From a virus, in the IMG/VR virus record IMGVR_UViG_3300013093_000001, positions 1 to 64,000 of that record: a stretch of 64,000 bases of DNA; one strand, 5' to 3'. Positions 9,480 through 18,606 of the stretch are shown piece after piece. The translations under genes were made by a program, and so were the position numbers. The notes under the pieces were generated by a model that saw only the letters and a list, made by a program, of their open reading frames with translations, was not told where the DNA came from and did not search any database. Numbering within the stretch: position 1 is the stretch's first letter; every line of letters begins with the position of its first letter.

Positions 9480-10588
9480 GTAACGTCATCAATTTTGCCG
9501 GTACCCCGGTCGTTGCCTCAGGTAACAGCAGCGCCACGGTCGGCAGGGTCATTGCAACGGAGGCGGCTGTTGAGTTTCCGCAGCTGTCGTTAGGGTTGCA
9601 GGGGGTTGGTACCAAAATCATCTACCTGGACCCGTTGGGCAATATTCATAACCTGGCTGGCGGTTATGCTGGGCTTGAGGGCTGCCGGATTGCGACACAG
9701 GTGTATGGCGACCAGCAGTGGCCGTTCACGCAGGTCATGGTCAACAGCCCCTACATTATGGGGTCTTTAATCCAACGTCAGAACATTCCGGAGCGTAAGT
9801 TCAACTTCAGTATCATCATCGGCGGCAACCCGCCCATGACGGAATACCAGTACCGGTTGGCTGAGGACTATTGGTGGTCCGGCCAGGATGAGTCGAATGA
9901 CGGCTGGATGGGTATTTACACCCGTTACTCTGGTTGGCGGTGGATTCCCGTCCGGCCGGAAGAGCCAACTAAGACGCCGCAGACGATGGACAACACCGCG
10001 TGGGGTAATAACGTGTCCCGGTGGGACATCACCTGGGTGGCGCAACGCCCGTATTTCACTAAACCGGCTAGGGCGGCAACTTTCCAATCAGCACAGTCAG
10101 GGAGCTACCAGGCTGCGCCTGCGAATTTGGCGACGGGTGTGACACCAGGGTTGCAGCATTTGGCTTACTTCTGGGGTAATTTGCCGCTGGCTAACGCGGG
10201 AGATTTGCCGAGTTATGTCACCTACTACGTTTCCTCTCCCGGTCAAGCTGTCGTGCAGGATAATTCCTCTGGCCGGTTGGTACCGTTGCCGGGAACGGTG
10301 TCGAGCGTCGGGACGTTTATGTGTGATACGGAACCTGGGCACCGTACTTTGACCGCCGCCAACGACCCCACCAGCAATCTAGTCTTCGATCTTGTACGAC
10401 AGTCAACTGTGCTCAATTACTTCCTTGCCGCCGCCACTAGCGGCAGTAAGCCCCTGCAATTGCAGTTTCAAAACAGGTTCATATACGCCATACCGCCGCG
10501 TTCAGAGGTGACGTTGACGGTGGGGCACAGCGACCCGAATGGAGTTGTTGTGGCGGCTGTCCCGCAGCGGTATAAGAGGAGTCGCTGA
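9476..10588 (+). CDS. Minor tail protein (distal tail/Dit-like)
   Basis: First large gene after the tape measure; GWRW..VR, PYF, N.GD.P motifs of actinophage Dit-like proteins. Confidence 0.78.
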   Translation: MSNVINFAGTPVVASGNSSATVGRVIATEAAVEFPQLSLGLQGVGTKIIYLDPLGNIHNLAGGYAGLEGCRIATQVYGDQQWPFTQVMVNSPYIMGSLIQRQNIPERKFNFSIIIGGNPPMTEYQYRLAEDYWWSGQDESNDGWMGIYTRYSGWRWIPVRPEEPTKTPQTMDNTAWGNNVSRWDITWVAQRPYFTKPARAATFQSAQSGSYQAAPANLATGVTPGLQHLAYFWGNLPLANAGDLPSYVTYYVSSPGQAVVQDNSSGRLVPLPGTVSSVGTFMCDTEPGHRTLTAANDPTSNLVFDLVRQSTVLNYFLAAATSGSKPLQLQFQNRFIYAIPPRSEVTLTVGHSDPNGVVVAAVPQRYKRSR

Positions 10589-12534
10589 TGCCGCAGTTCC
10601 TCGACACCCTGGGGGTCATCCCCACGACTTCTCCCATCCAATTCGGCGCTGGTCCTGACTCGTTTTTGCAGACACCGGGGTCCAACGGCTCTGTACCGTC
10701 CCTGCTCAGTCAACCAGCGCAGGCCGCCAATTACCTCAATGGGGTCAGGCAAACAGCTATACAAGGCGCTGGCCTGGTACCGCTGGTCAGGATCGGTGAC
10801 GGCAACCTTAGCAGCCTGTGGGAACTTGATGGGATCATCAAAAGCGAGGCAGAGGAGCTGCTAGAGGACAGCGGAAAGCTCATTGTGACCGTTGCCTGGG
10901 AGAACTGGATTCAAGACCTGCTGGTTAATGAAACTTTGCTGGTAGAAGATTTGCACATTATTGTGGACTGGGATCGGACCAACCCGAATTGGCGCACCCG
11001 GTGGGGTGGCAAAATTGTTGAAGTTCACATTAAGCAAGACGGAGATGGTAAGCACACCATCGAGTTGTCGGCTTTACACCACAGGGAACACGCGAAGCAT
11101 TTGCTGGTTGCCGCCAACCCGATTTTCCCGCCGGAGATACAACTGCCGCGCATGTGGGTGATGCCCGGTCCTTGCCGTACTATTTTGGCGACGACGGCGC
11201 TCATTAACCTGGGTCGGCTTTTCGTTCCCGGTTGGTCCGGGATTGCCAGTGGTTTGGACCCCGCAGGGTGGCTCAATCCGCTTAACCCTGACGCGGTGCT
11301 AAACCTGCTGCCAACTGAGTGGCCGATACAGGTGGCGTTTGTGGACCCGGTACTCGACCAGTCTCGGTGGACATGTATTGGGACGACGTGGCAGAACTGG
11401 CACGATTCGTTCAAGGATTTACTGAGTGACAGTGGTGTCGCGATGAAGGCGTACACCTACTTGACCACTGACGCTGACAGCCCTAACACGGAGTTAGTAG
11501 ACCTCGTCCAACTCATACCTGAATTGTTGGCGCAGATTCCGGGTATTTCCGTTGCGGGACTTGAAGCTGGGTTAGCTCGACTCTGTTCTCCGCAACGCAA
11601 CTGCGTGGTTTTTGCTTTTGAAGACGTGAGCGGGGTGACGGGGCCGACTGGGACGATTGCTGACGGTTTGCTGTCCACCGTCGCCGTCACCTTAGATGAC
11701 TTAATCACTCCGGTGTTGGTTAACGTCAAAACAGGTGACACCTATGATGCTGCCGGTGTCCTCAACGGACTTAGCGTTGAGGACTCTTCAGGTCTGGGGC
11801 AGACGTATCTGCTGGAGCAACTGCTGAATGTGGCCGTACCGCCGCCGAAGGTTATTTGGTGGGACGGGACTTTCAACGGCAGGTTGTCAGCTAACGTCAC
11901 CTATCACAAAGGTTCCCCCAAAACGATTATGACCGGGGGTAAGAGTCCAGTAATTATTAATGAAGCGCAAACCTTTGCCATTAAATACGGGCTCAGTCAA
12001 CTGCAAACTGTCATCACGGACGGTTTCATCCAAGAGTTTGGTGGTGCACCACAGGGTGCGGGACTCGACAATCTCTACCAGGGTCAGCTGGACAACGTAT
12101 TGTTTGCGTGGGAGCGTTTCACAGACCCGATGCGTGCTTTATATGCTGGCGATTTGGCGTGGCAGGAGCATTTTGAGCGTGGCAGTGGCGCGGCTTACAC
12201 GCTGGCTTCTGTGTTGACTTTGCGGAGCGGCAACTGGAAGACGAGGCCGTTCGCCGGTTTTGATGTCAGTACCTTGAACTGTTTCCCCTGGATTTATGGT
12301 GTTGACTACACGCTGGGTGACCGGGTGGGTTTTGAGCAGGACGGTGTCATCTACGTTGATAACATTTACACAGTAAAACATACTTGGGAGTGGGAAAAGC
12401 CGCTGACCATAGTCAATCGTATCGGTGAGGATAAGAAAAAAGCTGATCCGTTTGGGGCTGCCTTCAAAACCATCGCCACCCTCTACACTTTCATCAGCCA
12501 GCTGGCTGGTGAGGGTACTATCTTCCAAGGGTAA
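10588..12534 (+). CDS. Minor tail protein (baseplate hub, Gp37-like family)
   Basis: RWGG, ANP.FPPEIQLPRMW, GGKSP..IN, DY.LGDRVGFE motifs typical of the conserved mycobacteriophage minor tail protein. Confidence 0.85.
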   Translation: MPQFLDTLGVIPTTSPIQFGAGPDSFLQTPGSNGSVPSLLSQPAQAANYLNGVRQTAIQGAGLVPLVRIGDGNLSSLWELDGIIKSEAEELLEDSGKLIVTVAWENWIQDLLVNETLLVEDLHIIVDWDRTNPNWRTRWGGKIVEVHIKQDGDGKHTIELSALHHREHAKHLLVAANPIFPPEIQLPRMWVMPGPCRTILATTALINLGRLFVPGWSGIASGLDPAGWLNPLNPDAVLNLLPTEWPIQVAFVDPVLDQSRWTCIGTTWQNWHDSFKDLLSDSGVAMKAYTYLTTDADSPNTELVDLVQLIPELLAQIPGISVAGLEAGLARLCSPQRNCVVFAFEDVSGVTGPTGTIADGLLSTVAVTLDDLITPVLVNVKTGDTYDAAGVLNGLSVEDSSGLGQTYLLEQLLNVAVPPPKVIWWDGTFNGRLSANVTYHKGSPKTIMTGGKSPVIINEAQTFAIKYGLSQLQTVITDGFIQEFGGAPQGAGLDNLYQGQLDNVLFAWERFTDPMRALYAGDLAWQEHFERGSGAAYTLASVLTLRSGNWKTRPFAGFDVSTLNCFPWIYGVDYTLGDRVGFEQDGVIYVDNIYTVKHTWEWEKPLTIVNRIGEDKKKADPFGAAFKTIATLYTFISQLAGEGTIFQG

Positions 12535-12536
12535 AG

Positions 12537-13118
12537 ATGGACACAAACTTTCTAAACGGACAGGAATTTCCGCCGCAATTCGCTGGCAATGCGAAGCGGC
12601 GGCGGCAAGGCACGGCCCCGTTACTCCAGTTCGGGGATCGCGGGGAGTTAACCCCAAAGACAATCCAGCAAGCCAATTTGACGCCCGAGGAAGAAGAACG
12701 CGCCTACGAGATGCTCAAGGTGCAGGCCGCGTATTTGGAGATTTTTGATTGCCTATCGTACCCGGTGGACCCGGAGGGTCATGTCCATGACTTATCTGCA
12801 CTGGGTCCGTCTAAGATCGCTATCGCGTGGACGCTTGCGCTCAATGGTTTTCGTAGCAGCGGTCCACGGTACATCAAAAAGCGTCAATTCGCTGCTCCTG
12901 GTGTGTACGCTGACGCGCACACTTGGGTTGATGTTCGGAGCGCGGATGACGCCAGCCAGGAGTTGACACCGGAAACCAAGGCTAATGACCCCAGGTTGCC
13001 GCCAGATACCCGTAGGCTGGCCGCTATGCGGGATAACGCGCCGCCTATGGAGATGCCGCCGCAGTGGCGGGTCACACCGACCGTCACTGTGGTAGATGAG
13101 CCGAGGAGTCGTCCGTGA
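12537..13118 (+). CDS. Minor tail region protein (gp29/DUF2744-like)
   Basis: Synteny after the hub gene; L...GFR...IKKR...WVD pattern. Confidence 0.6.
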   Translation: MDTNFLNGQEFPPQFAGNAKRRRQGTAPLLQFGDRGELTPKTIQQANLTPEEEERAYEMLKVQAAYLEIFDCLSYPVDPEGHVHDLSALGPSKIAIAWTLALNGFRSSGPRYIKKRQFAAPGVYADAHTWVDVRSADDASQELTPETKANDPRLPPDTRRLAAMRDNAPPMEMPPQWRVTPTVTVVDEPRSRP

Positions 13119-15472
13119 CCGCTCCTAGCGTGGGCACGATCCTGTACCTGGGGAGTTGCGCGGTTAAGATGGCTGTGTCGGCGGCAACGACTTACCCCGA
13201 CACCCCTAACCAGTACACCGCGTCATTCAAGGTGATGAGTGATGTGGGTTTTACGTTGGATGCTGCGGCGGGGCCGCAGGGACCGGCAGGGCAGGGTCTG
13301 GTAGCCCTGCGGGAGCAGACCGACGAGAATGTGACGGCGGTCAGTGATTTGCCGACGCTGAGCAACACGACAGCGGATATCGGTAAGTATTACCTGATTG
13401 ATGAATTGGACAGCGCCGGTCATATCCTGACGACGTGGTGCTACGTCTGGTGGGGCACCTACTACCGGCAAATCATGATGGGTACGGTCGGTCCACCTGG
13501 GTCGATGCCGGAAATCTCAATCGCCACTCAAACAATTACTCCTGGGCTGCCAGCGGCGGTGTCTACGTCGGGTGGGACATGGGCTCCCGGCTGGGACTTT
13601 GAATTTCCGAGCCCGGTTGGCGCTCCAGGTCCGAATTGTGAGTTAGGTTTCTTCCCGGACGTTAATGTGCTTGGTGGTTTGCCTGCGAACCCTTGTGTCC
13701 TTGCCTCATCGGGTGGGGTCACCGCTGACGGTTATGAAATCTGGACACCATTCAACATTGAGGCTTATCTGCCGAAAATGTTCTCAATGCCGATGTCACA
13801 ATTCTCCGCCTACAGTGGTATCGCGCAGCAGGCCAACGTGGGTTCCTACACCCTCCCGCCGCAACCCTATCCGTGGACCCCCGTCGTGTGGGGCCACCTG
13901 TCAGCCGGTGGTTTCAACCTGTCCGGCAATCCCCTCATGGTGGGTGCCCAGGTGCTGCTGAGCGACAGCAGCTTGACTGATGACGGAATGTATGATGGTC
14001 AGCGCATTGGGCGCGGCATGGGTGCACGGCATGGCGTTGTCAACATTTCACCTCACTATTCAACTCCGAAAACGCCGTCGCGTAACATCAAACCCGCCAA
14101 CGGCCTAGCGGTAATTCCTGCCAGTCCGTCTAATCTTGTTGCCACCGCCTCCTCAGCAGGTGGTTCACTCCCAGCGGCCACCTATTACTACGTTGTGACC
14201 GCCGTCAACGCGGATACGGAAACGCCGCCGTCTGCGGAGGTTGCGGTGACCACTAAGGGCACACACAGCAAGGTCACCTTGTCGTGGATCGGCCCCCCAG
14301 CTACCGGCTATAACATCTATCGCGGGACAAGCAGCGGTGCGGAAAGTGTGCTGGTACAGAGCGTGTCAGGTACCACTTTCAGTATCATTGATTCCGGTGG
14401 CGGGACAACCAACACGTCGCCACCCCCGCCAACCAAGGTCTACGTCAACCTCTATAACGACGGCCAGTACGGCTACTACACTTTTAATCCGACTATTAAC
14501 CCCAACACCCTGCAATCCGCGCTCGACGCGCTCGTCGCCGCCATAGGCCACCCGGTCGCCACCATACAAGGGACAATCAGTCTGGTGCAGGGCCTTGTCG
14601 CTGGCGTACCGCAGGAAGTGCAGAACAGCTTGGATGCTATTGCGAGCCTGGTGACTGGGAACCCGGTGGTCAGCGCCGCAACGAACGTCGTCACAGAAGC
14701 GCTGAACGGGTTGAATGCCCAGGTCAATATTCTGGCAGGTAAACTGACCTCCATCCTGGGTTTCAGCGTTCCCAATTTGCTGTCGTCCATTGCCAGCAAC
14801 CTGGCCTCTTTCTCTGCTACTGTGACCGCTGACCTGCAGAATAGTCTTGATGCTGTTGCTAATCAGATTGGCATACCGGGCATTTCTCACACCCCGTCGG
14901 AGCTTGCCAGTGTCCTCAACACCATCCAGCCGACCTTGCAGCAGTTGTCCGACGTACTCGGCGGCAACTGGATTCCCAACGTCGTAACATTATTCAATTC
15001 GTTTATCAGTTCTCCTGGCGCTACTATCACCACAGATATCAGGACGGCGCTGGACGCGGCGACCAGCGCCATCAATCAAGGTACTGGCCTCTCTCCGACT
15101 TCTGCCGTCGCAGCGCTCAACTTGTTCCAGCAAAACCTGGACGGGGTGGCTAACAAAATCGGTTTGACGGGTGCAAATAACACCATCAGCAGCGTCATGG
15201 TGGCGCTGGTACCGTGGATTAACGGTGCTGTCAGTACCGTCACTGGCCTGCAAACGAAGATAGATGCGCTCGCTAACTTCCTCGGACTCCCCGGCTTGGG
15301 TAACGCGGTATTGAGTGTGATTGATGCTTTACTGGCGTTAACGGGTAATATTTCCACCTACTACACCACGGATGCTCAGCTTTTCATTATGGTCGTACCG
15401 ATGTTGGCTAATGTGACGCCGCAAACCTACGACACCTTCCCGTTGAGCTTCCCGTTCGTTTTTAAGGAATGA
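13115..15472 (+). CDS. Minor tail protein with collagen-like GPxG linkers, an FN3-like insert and a helical repeat insert
   Basis: Paralogous to 17138..18604 (ADIGKY, WYGT/WWGT, WTP.VWGH, NPLM.G, PHYSTP, YVNLYNDGQ, DAQ.FIM.VP). Confidence 0.8.
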   Translation: MTAPSVGTILYLGSCAVKMAVSAATTYPDTPNQYTASFKVMSDVGFTLDAAAGPQGPAGQGLVALREQTDENVTAVSDLPTLSNTTADIGKYYLIDELDSAGHILTTWCYVWWGTYYRQIMMGTVGPPGSMPEISIATQTITPGLPAAVSTSGGTWAPGWDFEFPSPVGAPGPNCELGFFPDVNVLGGLPANPCVLASSGGVTADGYEIWTPFNIEAYLPKMFSMPMSQFSAYSGIAQQANVGSYTLPPQPYPWTPVVWGHLSAGGFNLSGNPLMVGAQVLLSDSSLTDDGMYDGQRIGRGMGARHGVVNISPHYSTPKTPSRNIKPANGLAVIPASPSNLVATASSAGGSLPAATYYYVVTAVNADTETPPSAEVAVTTKGTHSKVTLSWIGPPATGYNIYRGTSSGAESVLVQSVSGTTFSIIDSGGGTTNTSPPPPTKVYVNLYNDGQYGYYTFNPTINPNTLQSALDALVAAIGHPVATIQGTISLVQGLVAGVPQEVQNSLDAIASLVTGNPVVSAATNVVTEALNGLNAQVNILAGKLTSILGFSVPNLLSSIASNLASFSATVTADLQNSLDAVANQIGIPGISHTPSELASVLNTIQPTLQQLSDVLGGNWIPNVVTLFNSFISSPGATITTDIRTALDAATSAINQGTGLSPTSAVAALNLFQQNLDGVANKIGLTGANNTISSVMVALVPWINGAVSTVTGLQTKIDALANFLGLPGLGNAVLSVIDALLALTGNISTYYTTDAQLFIMVVPMLANVTPQTYDTFPLSFPFVFKE

Positions 15473-15479
15473 TAGAGAC

Positions 15480-17111
15480 ATGACACTGCCTGCCAACTGG
15501 ACTTCCGGTAGCATCTTCTCTTCTAGCAGCGAAAACGCTGTTGAAGCGGCGGTCAACAACCTGCAAATAGAGCCAGTTGCCGTACAGAACGCCAATTACA
15601 CGGCTGCTGCCGGTCAACTGATCCCGGTCAATGCTACTGCTGGCGCGGTAACCGTCACCCTTCCGAATGCGCCAGCGGATGAAGCCCAGATCGTTGTGAA
15701 GAAAATTGACTCCTCTGCTTACGCCGTGACAGTGCAGACACAGGGCAGCGACAAGTTTAACTCTGTTGGCGACGGGACGCAGTTGTCGCTTGTCCTCCAA
15801 TATCAAACGCTGCACCTACTGTATTCCGCATCAGCGGCGGTGTGGTATGTAGTCAGCACGGACGCGCCACTGACCGCAACTGATAGCCGATACGTCCAGG
15901 TTGGCGGCGCTTTAGGGACACCCACCAGTGGAACCCTGACTAATTGCACATTCCCCACTATCAGCGTGGCGAATGGCGGTACCGGTACGACGACGTTGAC
16001 CGGCCTTGTCAAAGGAACTGGAACGACCCCGATGACCGCAGCTGTCGCGGGTACCGACTATCTTGTACCCGGTGGCGCTTTGGGTACGCCGTCCAGCGGT
16101 ACGTTGACGAATGCAACAGGACTACCGTTATCCGGCCTGCTGTCGTCGGCGTATTCCACAACGCCCACTTCTTCTACGTTAGCTGAGTGGGATTCCAACA
16201 AGAATCTTTCAGCCAATGCGCTCCTCCCGGCGCAAACGTCAACGGCGGTGGCATCCGCAAACACCGTCACATTGACCATTGCAAGCAGTCAGACTCAGAT
16301 TTTTACTGGTAGCGGCGGGTTTGTTCAGACAGTGAAATTGCCGACGACCAGCATCAACGCCGGTTACGCATATACCATCTCAAACGGTCAGACTGGTACC
16401 GGCACGGTTGTTGTTCAGTCATCCAACGCGACTACAATTACAACTCTGTTGGTCGGTCAGACCGCGACATTCGTCGCGGCCACCGCTACTCCGACGACCC
16501 CCGCCAACTGGCTCCTGGCTTTCAATTCATCGGTCCCTGTGCCCGCAGTTAACCTGCCAAACGGAATAACGAACTTCAACACTGCTGTGCAGTCTCAGGC
16601 TTGTGTGGCGAATACCAAGTATTACGTCACGTCATCAAACTTGGCGCTGCCGTCTAACCCATTGAGCGGTACTTATGGTTTGACCGCAAACAAGAGCACA
16701 TTCATTTGGGACATTGCCATGAACAAGGACCAGCCGAGTACGGGTGGCACCTTCAGCATCATCCTGTTTAGGGGCACTAACGGTAACGCTACCGACACCG
16801 CTGATGTAACTCAGCCGCTCGGTACGTTAACAAACGTGGCCGACAACATGACCTTGGAAGTTCAGATCACGGTCACAAGTACGGCCAGTGGTTCTAGCTC
16901 CTATTTTTACTCCGTGGTCACGACACACCTGGCTGCGTCCGGTACTGGTTTTGGGTTGACTACGGGCGGTACCGGTGCCTCTCACTTCAGTGGGACAGTC
17001 GGTTCCCTGACGTTTGCGGCCGGAACCACTTTTGGGATCGGTTTTGTGTCCACTGGTACACCCACAGTGGGTATACCTCAGGTTCAGTCTTCTACCTTCA
17101 ACATCTACTAA
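15480..17111 (+). CDS. Tail fibre / virion structural protein
   Basis: Thr/Gly-rich beta-structured protein with GGALGTP.SGTLTN repeats and a VANGGTG motif typical of fibres. Confidence 0.7.
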   Translation: MTLPANWTSGSIFSSSSENAVEAAVNNLQIEPVAVQNANYTAAAGQLIPVNATAGAVTVTLPNAPADEAQIVVKKIDSSAYAVTVQTQGSDKFNSVGDGTQLSLVLQYQTLHLLYSASAAVWYVVSTDAPLTATDSRYVQVGGALGTPTSGTLTNCTFPTISVANGGTGTTTLTGLVKGTGTTPMTAAVAGTDYLVPGGALGTPSSGTLTNATGLPLSGLLSSAYSTTPTSSTLAEWDSNKNLSANALLPAQTSTAVASANTVTLTIASSQTQIFTGSGGFVQTVKLPTTSINAGYAYTISNGQTGTGTVVVQSSNATTITTLLVGQTATFVAATATPTTPANWLLAFNSSVPVPAVNLPNGITNFNTAVQSQACVANTKYYVTSSNLALPSNPLSGTYGLTANKSTFIWDIAMNKDQPSTGGTFSIILFRGTNGNATDTADVTQPLGTLTNVADNMTLEVQITVTSTASGSSSYFYSVVTTHLAASGTGFGLTTGGTGASHFSGTVGSLTFAAGTTFGIGFVSTGTPTVGIPQVQSSTFNIY

Positions 17112-17137
17112 ACTAGCGCAGGACGGGAGGAGGTCGG

Positions 17138-18604
17138 ATGACCCAGCCAGCGGTCGGTGACACGACCTTCCTAAACGACTACTTTATCAACACCCGCGTG
17201 TATGGGGTTGTGACGCAAGGACCACCTGAGTTCTTGGCGACGTATGAAATCCAGGGCGACCAGGGTTCTCTGCTCATTGCGGTGGCCGTGGGACCAGAGG
17301 GTCCACCTGGGCAAAACATGTTTGCCATGACGTTGCAGAATGACAGCATTGACAGCGTGTCGAATCTGCCTAAAACTTTGCAGAACAGTAGCGCGGACAT
17401 CGGCAAATACTGGGTGATTGACGACATTGATGCCAATGGTGACATCATCGGTAGTTCTATTTATGTGTGGTACGGGACAACATTCAAGCGTTTGACCTTG
17501 GGGAGTCCCGGCCCACAGGGTCCGGTTCCGGTCATCACACCGCAGCTTAACGTACTGCCACCGAATCAGAGTAACAGTGTCACGCAGACCGGTAATGCGT
17601 GGACACCGACCCTCACGTTCAATATTTCCGCGCCTGCGGGACCGCAGGGTCCAGCCGCCGCGCTGGCTTTGTGTCCTGACGTTGATTTTACGACTGCGCC
17701 GCCGCAGGCCGGGGATGTGTTGGGTTTTACCGGCAGTTACCAGAATGGGTTGCTGTCGCCACCATCAGGCCTACTCGGAATTGTGAGTAGCACAGGTGGT
17801 ACTTTAGCTGCTGGTACCTACTACTATGTGGTGACCAGCGTCAACAGCAACGGTGAAACGACAGCGTCCAATGAAATAGCTGTGACGACAACCGGCAGTA
17901 CGTCCAAAGTCACGCTTCATTGGAATGCTGGTGGACGCGGCAACTTTAGCCCTACTGCCTACCACATTTACCGTGGTACCACAGCCGGTGGCGAAAACTC
18001 TCAGGTAGCGTCTGTTTCAGCTCCCGCCGCTGGTGTCAGTCCTACCTTTATCGACACAGGTGGCTCCGGTACCGGTGGCGGCATCCCACCATCAGTCAAC
18101 ACTGCAACAATCAGCCTTCCGGTGTGGACACCGGTTTCCATTTCTCAACTGATGCCCTCCCCGTACTCCATGCCAGAGGCATCCTTCACGCACTTCTCAG
18201 GCATCTCTCAGATGGCACCAATCGGCAGCTTCTCGATACCGCCGCAGTCATTTGACTGGACACCAATCGTGTGGGGTCACATCGGCGCATTCGGTATCGA
18301 GTTAAGTACCAACCCGCTGATGATTGGGTGTGAAGTCCTGCTAGGCGACCCAGGCTCGGGTCAACAAATCGCACGCGGCTTCGGTAACAGTCTTGGCGAA
18401 GTGAACATCATGCCGCACTACAGCACACCAAATCAGACCGGAGCCGCAATCACGCCGTACAACGGTACCGCTGTCGTTCCAGCACATCACAGCAATCCGG
18501 CGCAAGGGACCATCTACGTCAACCTTTACAACGACGGACAGATCGGGTTGTACTCGTTTCATCCCACTGACGCGCAAATCTTCATCATGCTGGTCCCGGT
18601 GTAG
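17138..18604 (+). CDS. Minor tail protein (paralog of 13115..15472)
   Basis: Shared motifs with 13115..15472; GPxG linkers; FN3-like insert. Confidence 0.8.
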   Translation: MTQPAVGDTTFLNDYFINTRVYGVVTQGPPEFLATYEIQGDQGSLLIAVAVGPEGPPGQNMFAMTLQNDSIDSVSNLPKTLQNSSADIGKYWVIDDIDANGDIIGSSIYVWYGTTFKRLTLGSPGPQGPVPVITPQLNVLPPNQSNSVTQTGNAWTPTLTFNISAPAGPQGPAAALALCPDVDFTTAPPQAGDVLGFTGSYQNGLLSPPSGLLGIVSSTGGTLAAGTYYYVVTSVNSNGETTASNEIAVTTTGSTSKVTLHWNAGGRGNFSPTAYHIYRGTTAGGENSQVASVSAPAAGVSPTFIDTGGSGTGGGIPPSVNTATISLPVWTPVSISQLMPSPYSMPEASFTHFSGISQMAPIGSFSIPPQSFDWTPIVWGHIGAFGIELSTNPLMIGCEVLLGDPGSGQQIARGFGNSLGEVNIMPHYSTPNQTGAAITPYNGTAVVPAHHSNPAQGTIYVNLYNDGQIGLYSFHPTDAQIFIMLVPV

Positions 18605-18606
18605 CC

